From NCBI RefSeq assembly GCF_024521635.1, contig NW_026250406.1, positions 1,116,001 to 1,180,000 of the forward strand: DNA of 64,000 nt. Reading direction: 5' to 3'. The position numbers and the translations under genes are program-made. Shown here piece by piece: positions 1-13,500 of the stretch. The notes under the pieces were generated by a model. It worked only from the letters and a program-made list of their open reading frames with translations, was not told the origin of the DNA and did no database searches. This DNA comes from Tricharina praecox (lineage: Eukaryota). Positions within the stretch are counted from its first letter, which is position 1, and the number at the start of each line of letters is the position of its first letter.

Positions 1-3000
1 GAGAGTTGGGTCCCGGGGATGTGTTGCAGGAGTCCGGTACGTGTCGTCGTCGTCGTCGCCGTCTTCGTTGGTTGGTATATCTTGGCTCGGCGAGGGTGCC
101 GCGCGCTCGCTCACTCATTCACCTCACCTCACCTTACGATCCTCACATCACGACGCAAACCCCCCAACAATAACATGGAACAGAGCAATTGATCCCAAGC
201 AAGCAAGGAAGGCACAACGTGGAATCAACACATACCTCGGGGAATGATCACCGAGGTCGCGGCGCGCCTGTTCTGTGCAGACTGTTCTCGTCGGTCGCCA
301 AGAGCTTGCTGTTCCACGCTGACGACGTTTCCTCCGAGGTCCATCCCAGGTCACTGGCCGAGCGCGACATTGTGATGCATCCTCCCGTCACTTGGCAATT
401 GCGGATTGCGGGTGCGGTATCCACTCCGCACAGAACGCATCATGTGTGCTTTTTGCGGGGCGGTAATTTACATCTCTCCTACGAGGCGGTAACTACGGTC
501 GAGCGGAGGATTGAGGGGAGGGGATGGCAACGAACTGGGTTCTGGTTCGAGGGATATCTACCTACTACCACTCTATAGTTGTTGAGCTGGGCGGGAACGA
601 GAATAAGCCTCCGTTGGGGATTCAGATGACCCAGCAATGCCCAGCCTTCAATTCATCAGCGTGTATAAGCTCGCGCCGATTGGGAAAAAATAAAGCCAGC
701 TCCTCCGCTTGAAGCAGATAGAGTAACTCCCTACTTCATACCTACATCGATATCCAGCGCAAATATGGAGCGCGAGCGGTAGGGAAGTGTTGGAAGTGTT
801 GGAATTGATGGCTATCCTATCCCTCCATTCACTGCATATTATGCGCCCTGTTACGGACCCATGTCTGTCCGTCCACAAAGACTGCGGGTATCTCGACGTT
901 CGACGTTTGTATGCAGGTCCACAGTGCCCCCTTCCCCCCGGGAAGCAATGTCTTGTTGGGCGAGGTTAGGGCTTGGCTAATTTTACGGAGGGCCTCCGTG
1001 TCTCGAAGGCTTTCGGACCTTGCATCTTCGAACGTACCTCCCCGAGAATGCCAAGCACAATGATCTGTGCGAGGCCGACATCTACATACTCTACTATATC
1101 TACATCGTGGTTGGATCTCCGGACTCGAGCTTGGCGGCATTTCGTGTTCTCCTGTACAGCGGGAGCAACCCGTTCGTGCGTTGTAACTGTTGAGGGGCAC
1201 GAGGCGGTTACCGATACATGGACCGTACATCTACCCGTCGCGATCGGGCTCGGCTGTTTTGGCCCGGTCGAGCGACAGGGACTCTGCGCTTCGATGTTCG
1301 TGTGTGTCCACCCGATGGCCGCCGAACGGCCAAGGCTCTGGCCGGTGCTCTCCCTCGGGACGGCTGGCCCATCCATCAACCGTGCCGTGTCGTCCCGGGT
1401 CATGGTTCGTTCAGCGGCATGGCCTGGGCCTGGATGTTGTTTGTAGGTACATGTGAGGTGTTTCGGTGCGCTGCACACCTTCAGGGTGGATATCGAATCT
1501 AGGTTACGGGATCTATGTACTAGTATCTACCTGGCCGCATGTTGAGACATACATAGCCATCTACCTATACTACCCTACGAGAGCTCGAATGACGACAGGA
1601 TTGCACAACGATCTGCCCTACCCGTTAGATGTCCACGCGTTGCTCAATGCCGATTCGTGCAAACGCAGAGTTGTCGGAACGCAATGTATGCCACGACGAC
1701 TTTGCTTTTGCTTTACCTCTCGTGCGTAGACAACATCCAATACGCATCACCGTCACCGTCACCGTCACCCCGGATCCTCCGGGCGGTGCTCGGCACCTGT
1801 CCACAGACCTGACACACGTATGTACGTACTCTATGTACTCTGGTTACGAGTACATAGGTACTCCGCATGAAGCGGTTGGCCAGCATGGAAGGGGGGACGT
1901 TGTCATAAGCTTGGCGCTTGTTTTAGGTTCCAACATGATCTCCCCCGGCCGGCGGGGATGATTTGTGAGGATGTTTCACTGTCAAACCGCAACACCGAGC
2001 GAGTGAGCGTTGGCGTCCGCCGTCGATCAGGGTAGCCGAGGCACCGAGCTGCGGTTGCACATTGACGCCGGGCGAGTCTAACCAACGGCGCCGGGCTGCG
2101 ACGAAGGATGGCTCGTGGTGAAACCACCTAGGTGGTGGTGGTGGCGGTGGTGGTGGTGCATGTCGTTTGCCAGTGCGTGGTGGTGGTGGATGGAAGCCAC
2201 AACGGCGGCCGAGTGCTTGCTTGATTGCTTGCTTGCTTGCTCACTCACTCGGCGCTGCGTCGCATGCCGAGACTTTTCCTAGGTGGTTCCTTGATGTGGA
2301 TAACAGTGGACCCGTGCAGATTGTACGCGTATGATGTATGTAGAATGCATGGTATTTCCTCGTATGTGCCCATGCATCAAGGTACCTATGCCGAGTGCCA
2401 TTCGATGTCGTCTTGGAACTCACGGGGCGGAGGCGGAGGGCTCCCCGTGAAGCAGTCGCTGGGCACCCGCTGGTGGCAAGAATGGGAATTGGAAGGGAGC
2501 CCAAGGGTATCCTGGCATCCTGTTGATGTTCCAAGTACCCCACGACTGGGTGATATCCACGACTATCACTCGCTTTCCTCATCGACAGCCACTGTGGCCC
2601 GGTAGCTACCCGCGTCTAGCTGCACGGCGCGGGCTCCCATCTCCGACCAAGAGCCGCGAGTATGATGTATCTTCCCGGTTCGAAGAAACAAGCATAATTA
2701 ACCGCTGGCACATGTGCGTACCTATCCACCCTCGCTTCGAAGTGAGGTCCTGTGCCGTTAACTGCGGAGCGGATGCAGCCGGCCAGCCGGCCAGCAGTCC
2801 AGCGTCCATGGGTAATACATAGTGCTGTTTCTCGCCGCAGTGTATTTGATATGCCTGTCATTCGCCCCTGACTTGAAGTGCGCACATAAGTATTCCTTCT
2901 CGTGAGAGATGCTAGATGGAGTGTGAATATTTCCACCTCTACGTATATACCGTGATATCCACCGAGTCCCCGTCGTGACTTCTCGAGAATCGAGATGTGT

Positions 3001-3588
3001 TTTGCGATCGAACGCGAAAAGAAAGCTCTCTACTAGTACCTATTATCCCCAACGTGTTGTCAACCACTACCCAACACTCGATCGCCCAACGTCCAGCTCG
3101 CATCCTTCCTTCCAAGTTCCTACACTTATGACCGCGTAATTCCACGCACCTCAACAGCTCCTCCCCCACTTGGAACATACCCCTCCTGGTCTGCGCCAGA
3201 CGGACCAACCAAGCGATGCTTCGACTGCCCGGCTTTCAGGTCCGCCGGGAACTCACATTTCATTACGTCCTCGGCCTCCCTTCCGCGCCGTACGTATCCG
3301 GTGCGAATGTAGGAAATACAGGTAGCCGAAAAAAGACGAGGGCTGCCGCATATTTTAAAGAGGGGACGATGAAATGGTGCTCCTTGGCTGGATTTGATGG
3401 TGGACTGGGCTAACGCACGGCGAAGCACTCAGCACCGGGTGCTGGGCGGTGGCGCGAGGAAGGAAGTGGGAAGTGAGGGTTCGACATGGAGATGCTTGAA
3501 ATGCGACGGCTTACAAGAGTTGCTCTAGACCCTCCGCAGGGCCAGTTCACGCCTCAGTAGCTGTCCAACTTCCAAAGCCGCACCTCCC

Positions 3589-3716
3589 AGCTCACTTCTC
3601 CCGGGCCGTGATTCTAAGCTCAATTTTCCAAGGCCGTGATTCCAAGCTCCCTCCTTCAAGGACGTGATTCCGAGCTCACTTCTCCAGGGCCGTAATTCCA
3701 AGCTCACTTCTCCAAG
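3589..3716. repeat. Degenerate 28-bp minisatellite, ~4.5 copies
   Basis: Units like AGCTCACTTCTCCAGGGCCGTGATTCCA start at 3589, 3617, 3645, 3673 and 3701 (exact 28-bp period). Confidence 0.85.
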
Positions 3717-4041
3717 CAGCCTCAGATTCTCCACAGCGTCACCGCACTCCAAGGGCTCAAGCTCCACTCCTAAACACGCACCTCCCACTCCCCTCTTCAA
3801 GTTTCCGGGTACAGTACCAGCAAATCCGAGTCGCCATCCTGTCCGACAGCCCTCCAATGTTGTAAATAGCGGCTTTCCATCCCATCTCGCCACACGCAGA
3901 CGAAGGACAGCCTACAGATAGCATCACCACCTGCATCGCACCCACCGGCCCCTACCCACGTATTGCTTCTTCTCGGAGCCCCTGGGAGAGCTCGTCTGTA
4001 TTTCTGGTAGTAGTAATAGTGGTGGGGGGGTGGGGGTGCTT

Positions 4042-4218
4042 CACAAGTTCTCACTTTTTTTTGTTCATTCATTGATTGCGTGCGACCTACCTATCTAGAT
4101 CATAGCAATATCTACCCCCCCCCCCCTCCCCGGTTTCCCCGCCACTGTCCAACCCAACTTTCATCAGGCAGCCTGATGTGGCTTTCCCTGCCCCCGCGAT
4201 CCCACACAAGTTCTCACT
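4042..4218 (-). mobile_element. Short non-LTR retroposon (SINE-like or truncated LINE 3' end), copy 1, with 14-bp target-site duplication
   Basis: CACAAGTTCTCACT occurs at 4042-4055 and 4205-4218, flanking a 149-bp insert whose minus strand ends ...GCAATCAATGAATGAAC(A)7. 4057-4197 aligns ungapped to the reverse complement of 35569-35709 (about 114/141 identical). Confidence 0.8.
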
Positions 4219-5729
4219 AGGAAAACAGAAAACTTCTCTCAGTATGGAGCAGCACTCGTGAGTGAGGTTGGATGATCCACCTGCGCGCTTTGTGCAGTTT
4301 CAACGCCGGCAAATGAACTCCATCACCCCCCACGTGAACCCTGAATGGGAACAAGCAACCCCGTATGAGGCTCCATCCAGGCTCTTTAAAGTTTGCTTCT
4401 GCACGACGACAGCCATGCTACTTTAATGACATCTCACTACCCCTCGCTAATAACTCCAGATAGTTACAGCGGCAACGTCTTCCGAGTTCCATCGACCTCC
4501 GCCTCGGCTCTTGGAATCTACGGGTGTACCTTACCTACTACCTTGTTCCTGGATTCGATCTCAGATCTGATGCAGCAAGTATCCCACATCCACGAACCAG
4601 CGCTGATGCAGCGGTGAGGTGGGCTACTAGTACCCATTGAAGGGCACGGCATATGCTTGGAATATTGCACCCAGAGGACTACCTACGCCCCCGCGGTATA
4701 GTATAGAGATCAATTGGATCGATAGCCACTGCGGGATGCGATAACTACTATACCATCGGAAGTGCAGAAAACTCGTAGTTCTCGCGGCAACGCACCCAAC
4801 TATGGGGGTTGAATCTGCGCGTATGTAACTAGAACCTTGCTCTGTACATACTTAGGAGCATCAATCCTCGGGAGTCGGAAAGCGCTAGTAGCGTATGGAC
4901 CACGTTATGTAAACGCGGTACTGGTAGAGTACCGTATGTGATCTGTGGGGGTCGGCGATCTCTAACGGTCAACTAGGTAGCTCGCGTGTAATGTCTCGTC
5001 CTGACCAGGCTGACCACAGCCTTTTCCCATTGCGGTCGGTAGGCATACATGCCCATTTCGAGAGTATACAGGCCTATTAGGCGTGGCTGACCGTTGGGGT
5101 TGTGGATACCGATACTTTTGATTCCGTGGTCCCGGAGGTCCTGCAGGGAGTGCTGGGTGCTGAGTGCTAGGTGCAGAAGGCCCGGGGTCCCAGCTATACT
5201 TAACTTTTCAAAGCATGAGTATTGGAAGGAAATCCCAAGGGGAAAAGAAGCAAAAGAAGGCGGAGGGCGGGCGAGTCTTCAAGCGTGGAGGTCAAGGAAT
5301 ATGTAGGAAGAACTTGGGTGAACATTCCTTTATGATTTCTTTGGCCATATCTGCACTGGTGGAAATGGCGATGAAGGTGCATTAACGAGCAAAGCATTGT
5401 CTGAGAACTCCCATAAACGGAGGGACTTGGAAGAGACGAGAATCGGAGGTAGTACTATTGTCATGATAGACACAGTCGAGTTCAAAATGGGGGAAGAAAA
5501 GATACCACACCCCGTATATTGTCACGTGGTGAGTTAAGACAAGTGATATCAACGACAGCAAACTTCAAAGGGTTGCTGAAACGTTCGCAACTGCAAAAAT
5601 AGGTGCTGACTAGTTCCAGGCACTTTTCTTTACGTGCACCCCTTCTGTCGGGCTGTGCGGTCGAACCACCAAAAAGCACCGCAAAAGCCACTCCACCCAC
5701 GAGAGTAAAAGCAAAAACAAAAAAGGTAT

Positions 5730-5815
5730 TTCCGTTACGGGGAATTGAACCCCGGTCTGGCCGGTTTAATGCTCTGCTTGAGAGCGGCCGATGCTAGCCA
5801 CTACACCATAACGGA
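5730..5815 (-). tRNA. tRNA-Glu (anticodon CTC) with 14-nt intron
   Basis: Reverse complement TCCGTTA-TGGTGTAGTGGCTAGCATC-GGCCG CT CTC A [AGCAGAGCATTAAA] C CGGCC-AGAC-CGGGG TTCAATT CCCCG-TAACGGA-A; acceptor, anticodon and T stems pair; T-run terminator follows. Confidence 0.95.
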
Positions 5816-8800
5816 TTATGGTCAATGTCTGATCTAGCACCTATATACCTAGTATCTTAGCAAATAGTAGTAGAATACAATTTACAGATTTGACACAATG
5901 ACGACCGAGAGATCAGTAGTAGTAATGACGTGTAGATTCAGTCAAACCATTCGCATAGATTACATGATCACATAACCGACGCAGTGTTCCTATTTGTTAG
6001 TGCCTTTTGTAAAGCACTTTATCACTCTTACTTTGCCGTAACTGTACCAACGGCTAACACAGGTCGAACCAAACTTACAGAATAGACATAGGCGCACGAG
6101 ATCCTTTTCTAGAGCGCTTGTTGAATAGTACACCCACCGATGCTCTCTACCAGAACTTGAAGCTTGCCACGAGTGAGTGCCGATGATATTGCCACGTTCA
6201 ACTATCACTCGCACATCGTCACTGCGTCTCACTCGAGCTCCCACAACAAATCCCGCAAAGCCGCTGACTACAACCGAGCCGTTACACCGTTGCCAATGCT
6301 CGCCATGATCTACATATCAGGTACATACCAAGAGTTCATGCCCTAAAGCTCCGTAGTCGGCGGGGTGGTAATAGTGGGTTGGCGTCAACAACATGAAACA
6401 CGTGCCGTCGCAGGCGCGCTCCGTCTAATCTCCCTCACCGCGTGCGATGTCGTGTTACCGCGCGTCTCTGGGGGGAAGAAATTTAACGGAGGGCGGAGGG
6501 GCGTGGTGGGCACGAGTGACATGTCATGCACACGTGCTCCTCCTCCGAAACATTTCCCCGCATGCGGCGTTTGGACGTGAGGAAGGAGGAGGGGGGTTGA
6601 CAGCGCACGGGACGGACGGAAGTTGCCTTATCATTCGTTGCTAGTTCATTGTAGACGGGACCGCCCAATATAATCGGCCGGCAGCATGCACGGAAGGAAT
6701 CAGGACATTTTTTTGCAATTATGACACGCACCTATACGCACGCACGCACGCGCTTGCTTGTGAGGAGCGGTGGGAGGGAATCGAAGATGATATCTGATCG
6801 AGATCACACGGAAAGCAAGGAAAAGCCTCACCCCACCCGCCCCGCCCCACCCATCCACCCACCTACCCACCTACTCTACGTAAGTTGCGCCTCCTACATA
6901 GATGGAATGGATGGATGATCAACACCGGGGCCCACATACAAATCACAGCCAGCCTAATACCTCTATTTACCCTGGTAAAATCTCAACCAAGGAAAGAGAT
7001 GGAAGCGATGCAAGCAGCGCACCGCACCGCACTGTGAACTCCGGGATATACTTCCTTCCACAGGATGTGCATTCATCCGATCGGTAGGTAGAGTATGTCC
7101 ACGGGAGTAAAGAAAAAGCAAGAGCTGTTGTCCTACATCCACACTGATATGATATGCACCATCGGGTTCCGTCTCTATCCCAAACGCTGGCGAGTTCTCA
7201 AGCAAAGTGAGTTTAGGACCAGGTAGTCCTAGGTACTTCCCTTTACGAGCCCCCAACCCCCGAAACGGAGGCTAGCAATGCCATGAACGAATGGGAATCC
7301 AAGCGCCTCCCCCATGATCTCTCGCTGCATAATAGTATCTCTCGTCGCCTCCTCTCCAACTCACTCACTCGCGGGCGTTAATTCACCTCAAATTTCATCC
7401 AACATTCCAAGGACAAATTGGAGCAACAAGAGAGAAAAAACCACGCAGTCGCAAGTATAGGTTTGATTCTCCACTCATCACACACACACGGACGGAAACC
7501 ACGCCACACACACATATGATATAAAAAAATCCCCTATATATACTCACTCACAATGTACATTTTTAGATTAGCTCCCCCCCCAGCCCCAGCCCACAGCTGC
7601 ATCAGGAACAATGTCCGTGCCATCCATCCATCCATCCAACGAGAACACCGCCGAGTGATACCCAATGCAGAGCCCACCCCACCCCACCACCCCCCGTTTC
7701 AGGTTGAGTACTGTAGGTGCTGCTGCTGCACATGTACCCGCTACGCCCTCACGCACCCACACCCCCTAGTCCAAAACCGGGTGTTATCTCACCGCTACCG
7801 CAAAAAGCTCCCCGAGACCCCACGCGGAAGGTAAGATCAGTCAGGCCTCACGCGTCTCCCTCTCTGCCCCCCCCCCTCCCCCCAGCAGAACGTCATTGTG
7901 GTTGAGAAGAAGAAGAAGAAGCAAAGGATGAGGCAAATGCTGTCCAGGGGGGGGGAGGAGGGACAGGGCGGATCAGTAAGGCTACATACTCTACCTTACC
8001 TGGCTCTACCTCCGCGGTGCAGATTCTTCAGCCACGCTCCATGGGCCATATCTGCTCGCCGTGCGTGCGTGCGTTGCGTTGCGTGTCCGTGTCCGTGTCC
8101 GTGTCCGTGTGTACTGTCTGCAGCAGCGGCTTGCCTCGGCAGTGGACTTGCCTGGCTGCTGGCTGCTGGCTGTTATAGGTACGAGGTACGTACGTGCGTG
8201 CCTCGACGTGATGAATGGATGGATACGCTCCATGCTGAACAAAGTGCCGGTCTTCGTTGTCCGTCCTCCGTTCACAGCAATAGGTATGTAGTTGATCATG
8301 AGGCGGCCAGTGCGCAGCAGCAGCAGCGGCGGAAGCAGTAGTAGGTAATACAGGTTTCATCGAGTTCTCTCGGATGAATAGACGATCTGTGGAGAAGGTA
8401 GGTAAGTAGGACCCGCATCAAGTAATGTAAGTACATACTACATTACTACATACTAGTACCAATACCTAACCCGGCAGCTCCGGAGCCCGGCTAGCCATGG
8501 GCAGCCTTTCGGATGGGATCCACTCGTGTATGTAGCGGCGAAAGTCGAAGAAGCTTAAGTAGCCCCGACTATAGGGCTAGATGTATCTCGGGTGCAGCAG
8601 TAAGTAAGTAGGTAGGTAGGTAGGCAAAGGCTCCTTCCGCTATCACCTAGCTCCCGTCTCACCGTAGTCATCACGTATGTACATACGTACCGTAGCTTCC
8701 AGCCCTGTAGACGGCGGTGAAGTGACGCCAAAACACCCGTCAATCTATGTGATGCCAAATAAGACAATACTCGAATCTCGATGCGGGAGTTCGGTTCGAT

Positions 8801-10504
8801 CACGTACTATGCGACCGCGCTCTTTCTTTTCCCCCGTCTCCCCACATCTAGAGTATCCAGCCAGTAAATTACGAGGAATTTGGGTTGGTTCGGGAGGGAT
8901 GGAGGGAGGTTTAGACGAAAGGGAAGGAGGAGGAGGTGGTGGTGGGGCATGAAAAAATCCCGCTCACCCGGCTTCGTTACCCAGCAGTTTAATCTGGCAA
9001 ATAAATAGGTACATGCTTACTTACGTAGGTATGTAGATAGTCCACTCAATCACTGGAAAACAGGGTTGGATCATGAAGGGAAAATCGGAGCGGCAGTTGG
9101 CGATGAGATGACGATGAATGATGCTGCAGATTTTGGCGATGATGAGGAACATGACATACTCGGAGAGAGGTTCTAGTGGGTCTTTCTCGCCGGTGGACCG
9201 GGGGGAGGGGAAGGCCATGGTTGTTCGAACGACGATGAAGTACATCTGTAAGTACTTGTACTTACCATACCGCCTGGGCCTCCTGTTATTGCCAGCTCCA
9301 CGCGGTTCCGACCAAGTAGATATCTTGCCTCTTGCCTAGTAGGTACATCACTAACCAACCCACATCGTGATTACGGGGAGCTGGCCGGAGGTTCGACTGG
9401 AGTGCACCAAAATGCCCCGAGAGAAGCAGTATGGCGGCGGGTAGAATGGCTGTTTGAGCTCGAGCGTATACACCGGAATGTTCTTCGTCGTCGTCCAGCA
9501 GTAGCCGCAGTAGTAACAGCAGCATTGGCAGCATTAGTGGCAGCCGTTGTGCACGATGGTAGTAGTAGAACCTGGTCGGTACGTACATCCAGCAGCAAGG
9601 CATGTACACTACATGTTGGCGTTCAGGGATGGCATGTCGAACCCCCCCAAGTCGCCATGCACATGTTCCCTTCACCTCCCAGCTAGTAGTTAGGCACTCC
9701 CCGCATAGGTGGAGTATATAGTGTATGTAAGTACACACATACATGGAACGTTCGAACCAGGCGGTTTATCCGAGAGACAACACATCGGGCGGCCGAAACG
9801 CACCTACAACCTGCACATACGACATACGCCCGTGCCGCAGCTGCTGCGCTCGTGTGCCCCGTACTCACCGCCCCACCAGGCATCTTAGCCACAGCAACGA
9901 TGTTCCCCGACGTTCCCAATGTTCACACGAGCCACGACAGACTGCAGTGTGCAGCGCAGAACGTACGGTAAATACTCAAGAACGCGAACCGTGATCGATC
10001 GCGGACGGGGGGTATTGTGGTAACTACAGCTGCATTGGTCGATGCCATCCTGCAGTCCCAAAACATGTATGTACTCTACTCTACCTAGGTACTCTAGAAT
10101 ACCTACATACACATACGCTTCCTCCCTCGCCGCCGCAGCCGTAAGTTTCTTCTGCCAGATTCTGTGCAGCAGTGGTTAACAGCTTCCGGTTAGAATCTTC
10201 GGGTACAACGGGGGGAAGGAGAGGGGGAATTGCAAGTCCAAGAGAGAGAGAGCGAGGTGAGGTGAGGTGTTTGTTCCCCCATCGCCATCGAATCGCCTCG
10301 CCGACCCCACTCCGTCACCATGAACCCCGCGTTTCACCTTGTTCTAACTTCCCGCGTATACCCCAGGCCCAGAACTCCCATACGGGGGTAGGAGTCCCAA
10401 AAAACAAAATCGAATACAGGCAGCCAATAGAGAGAATTCGAACAATCACACAGGGGAGGAAGAAAATACCTCATCCGGCCGTTATTCTCACTACAGCCCA
10501 AGGA

Positions 10505-10585
10505 CAGCAGCAACCGCAGCAGCAACAACAGCAACAGCAGCAACAACAACAACAACAGCAATAATAACAACAATAGCAACAACAG
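10505..10585. repeat. (CAG/CAA)n microsatellite
   Basis: Mixed CAG/CAA run in non-coding context. Confidence 0.8.
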
Positions 10586-13500
10586 TAGCGCTAGCAGCAC
10601 CAGCAGCAGCAAGCAAGCAACAATAAGATCTATATGCTTGTGTGGGTGTGTGTTTATGATGGATGTATGAGATGGCGGCATATTCGAATACCGGGGGGCA
10701 CCGGGGCAGCCAACAGGTAACAGTAACCACGTACCCAAAACTTCCGCCTGGTAATACCAGTATTGGTACACCCTGGCATGTGATCTGAGCCCGGGTTCCG
10801 TCTAGTGGGTAGTTACTTAGGTACGTAGAGCAGCTCCGTGGATGCCCAGACCATGGGAGGGGGGAAGGGGAAGGGGGGAGAAGTGGATGGGTGTTCTAGC
10901 TATCCTATGTAATTCCCATGGCTATAGTCTAGAGTAACAGGGCTCAGCTATTGGCCGGCCGGACGACATCTGGTCTACCCAACAATTTCGAGGCGGACTC
11001 GAATCATTGCAGTCGGTTTGCACCGCCACCCAGTGATCGCCAGCCCCAGCCAACCAGCCACTCGACCACCCCCAACATTCGTCACCCCTCCAAAATCCCC
11101 CTCAATTTCACGGAAATCCGTTTGGCGTGATGCATACTGAAGTGGCGGGTGCAGTTTGGAGGAGGGGTGGGTAATGTCACCATCTAATCCGTTCCTATCA
11201 TACCAACGAAAAGTTTTCGGCGGGACATAAAACGGCCTGCCCAGTCAAACCTACTGGCTGTCTGGTTTTGTCGGGCAGTGTATATCGTCAGAGTACCTAG
11301 GAGCTGCCCCACCTTACGTACGTAGGGGTATGTACATACGGCACGGGATTACCGATCACCACGAACTCCCCACCACCACCACCACGCCAGCGGTGGTGAC
11401 TCCCATTGGCGGTGTTGTGTATATTCGCTGTGTTCTGTTGAATATCAACCACCCGGTTGTTGCTGCAGGCAGATTTTACCGGCCAGCGAGAGATGAGATT
11501 TTCTCCTTGCGGTCTGCGTTGCGGGAGAGCAGAGAACTCGATCGATAGGGTTGAGTTGGAGGAACGAACTGGAAAAAATCATGTGTGATGCAGGGGAGGA
11601 GGAGGATGATGATGATGGAGGTCGGACGGGAGTCACAGCCAACATGGCCGCTGCGGTATCGAGCACATGTAGAGCACATAGGTAGGTAGAGTGGGTAGGT
11701 ACATAGTTTGCTCTGCCAACTACCACCACCACAACCACCACCACAACCACCACCGTACAAAATCTCGTTTTTCTCCTCTTCCACATGATGGCTGCTGCCG
11801 ATTCGTGCGCAACTGACCGTATGTACCGGGCCAATTCCGAGTGGGGAGCGAGTGCCAGAAGTGATGGTAGGTGCCAAGGTGCAGTATGCACAGATATCAT
11901 TGGTGCGGGGTTTCTGGAGGGTAGTTAGTTACGGCTGGGCCGATTCTTACTGGGTGGGAGGAATGGGAGGATGACGTTACATACGTAGGTATAGCAAGTA
12001 GTAGTTGGGATTGGTTGGGTTAGGCTGGTCCGGTATGAATGGTAAGTGGTAAGAGTGAGCCACACACACTCACATAGACACACATAAGTCTCCCTTCGCT
12101 CGCATCCAACCGATGTGGCAGCAGCAGCAGCAGCATCATCACCCCCCACCCTACCATTTTCGACGATCGAGTCAAGCGGGGTGGCGCTGCTGCAACGGCC
12201 CAAACGCTCTCTACAGTTCCCGCTAGGCAAAGCCCATCCCCCATCTCACCTCCAACACCAAACCCGAAGTGGTGATTGGCTGAGTGGGTGGCGTTTGGGA
12301 ACACGAACGGGGTTCGGACCTTAACGGGGCCCATCTGGCCGCTCCTTCGCGAGCGAGCGTCATTTCACCATCGTCTATCCACTGACCGGTGTTTCACATG
12401 CAACCACCGGTCCACCGCTATCTAACCCGCGTGAACCAGTGTGAACCAGTGTTCATTTCGGGAGCGCCTGTTACTGCCGTAGGTAGAGTACTATATGGAA
12501 TACGGTTGCTACCGTACGGGTCTCACAGACAGGTGGAAGACATCACGGGCACCGGTCCACAGCCAATCGTTTCCATTGTACAGTTTGGGCCCGGTGGGGG
12601 GGGGGGGGGGGCGGGGGGGGAGAAGCGTTCCCGTCGTATCACTTGCAAGTCAGGCCAAGTACTACTGCAGGCAACATACATACCAAAAATAAGAGGCATG
12701 TATGTATGTAAAGTACCGTATTATTTTGCTTTCCGAATCCACACCAGCATGCAATTTAGCATGTACCGTTGCCGTTGTGTGCGAGGGAACCCCCCACCCC
12801 TCCCCCTCTCCCCCCCGTCCCCCGCCATAAGCCATCTGTCAGCACAGACAGGCACCCGCGCGAAAAGCTGTGGACCGGGGAGAAGAGGGGGACGAGGGAA
12901 AGGACATGGATACCCCATGATTGATCGGCGGCGTCAACGGTGGCCGAAGAGCCAAAGAGGGCCAAAGGGGGGGGAAAGGATTCGAAGGGAAAGCAGATCC
13001 TTTCGCGTGTGCTGCTGCACCATGTATGGTGCAGTACATACTCACAAATCACTTTTCCGGCCAATATAATATTACGAGGATACCACCCCCGGTTCCGCCA
13101 GTGCGAGTGACGTGTCATGACGACATGCCTTTGGCCTTTAGCGGAACGACGACGACGACGATGGTGATGATGATGATGATGAAGGTGATAATAATAATAA
13201 TAATCGAACCACTTTTTCCGTGCGTTTAGGAGCTCCTGTTGGTGACCTGTTCTATACTATCTCCGTCAAATTTCATTTCCCCCTCCGCTGACCGCACTGC
13301 ATGATGTATGTCGTATGTATGTACCTACGTACATACCAACTTACCAACTCTTACCTACCTAACTACCTACCTACTTACCTACCTAACGTACTGACCTATA
13401 TCTAAGTACCTACATGCGATTTCTGCATCGAAACACGATGTTTTGCACATACGCAGACGGCAGGTGGTTAGACTTTGGCCGGGCAAGGGCAAGGGCAGGG

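Noticed and set aside
829..1502. Cluster of overlapping 90-170-aa ORFs
   Set aside because: No recognisable motif or consistent splice model; explained by GC-rich stop-poor sequence.
4120..4175. Hammerhead-ribozyme-like CTGATGA...GAAA on the minus strand of retroposon copy 1
   Set aside because: Copy 2 has TCGATGA instead, the motif is paired within its own hairpin, and I could not build the three hammerhead stems.
5603..5797. ORFs ending PLRGIEPRSGR...LLESGRC (also near 35183, 52117, 61209)
   Set aside because: Antisense translations of the tRNA-Glu genes, not a protein family.
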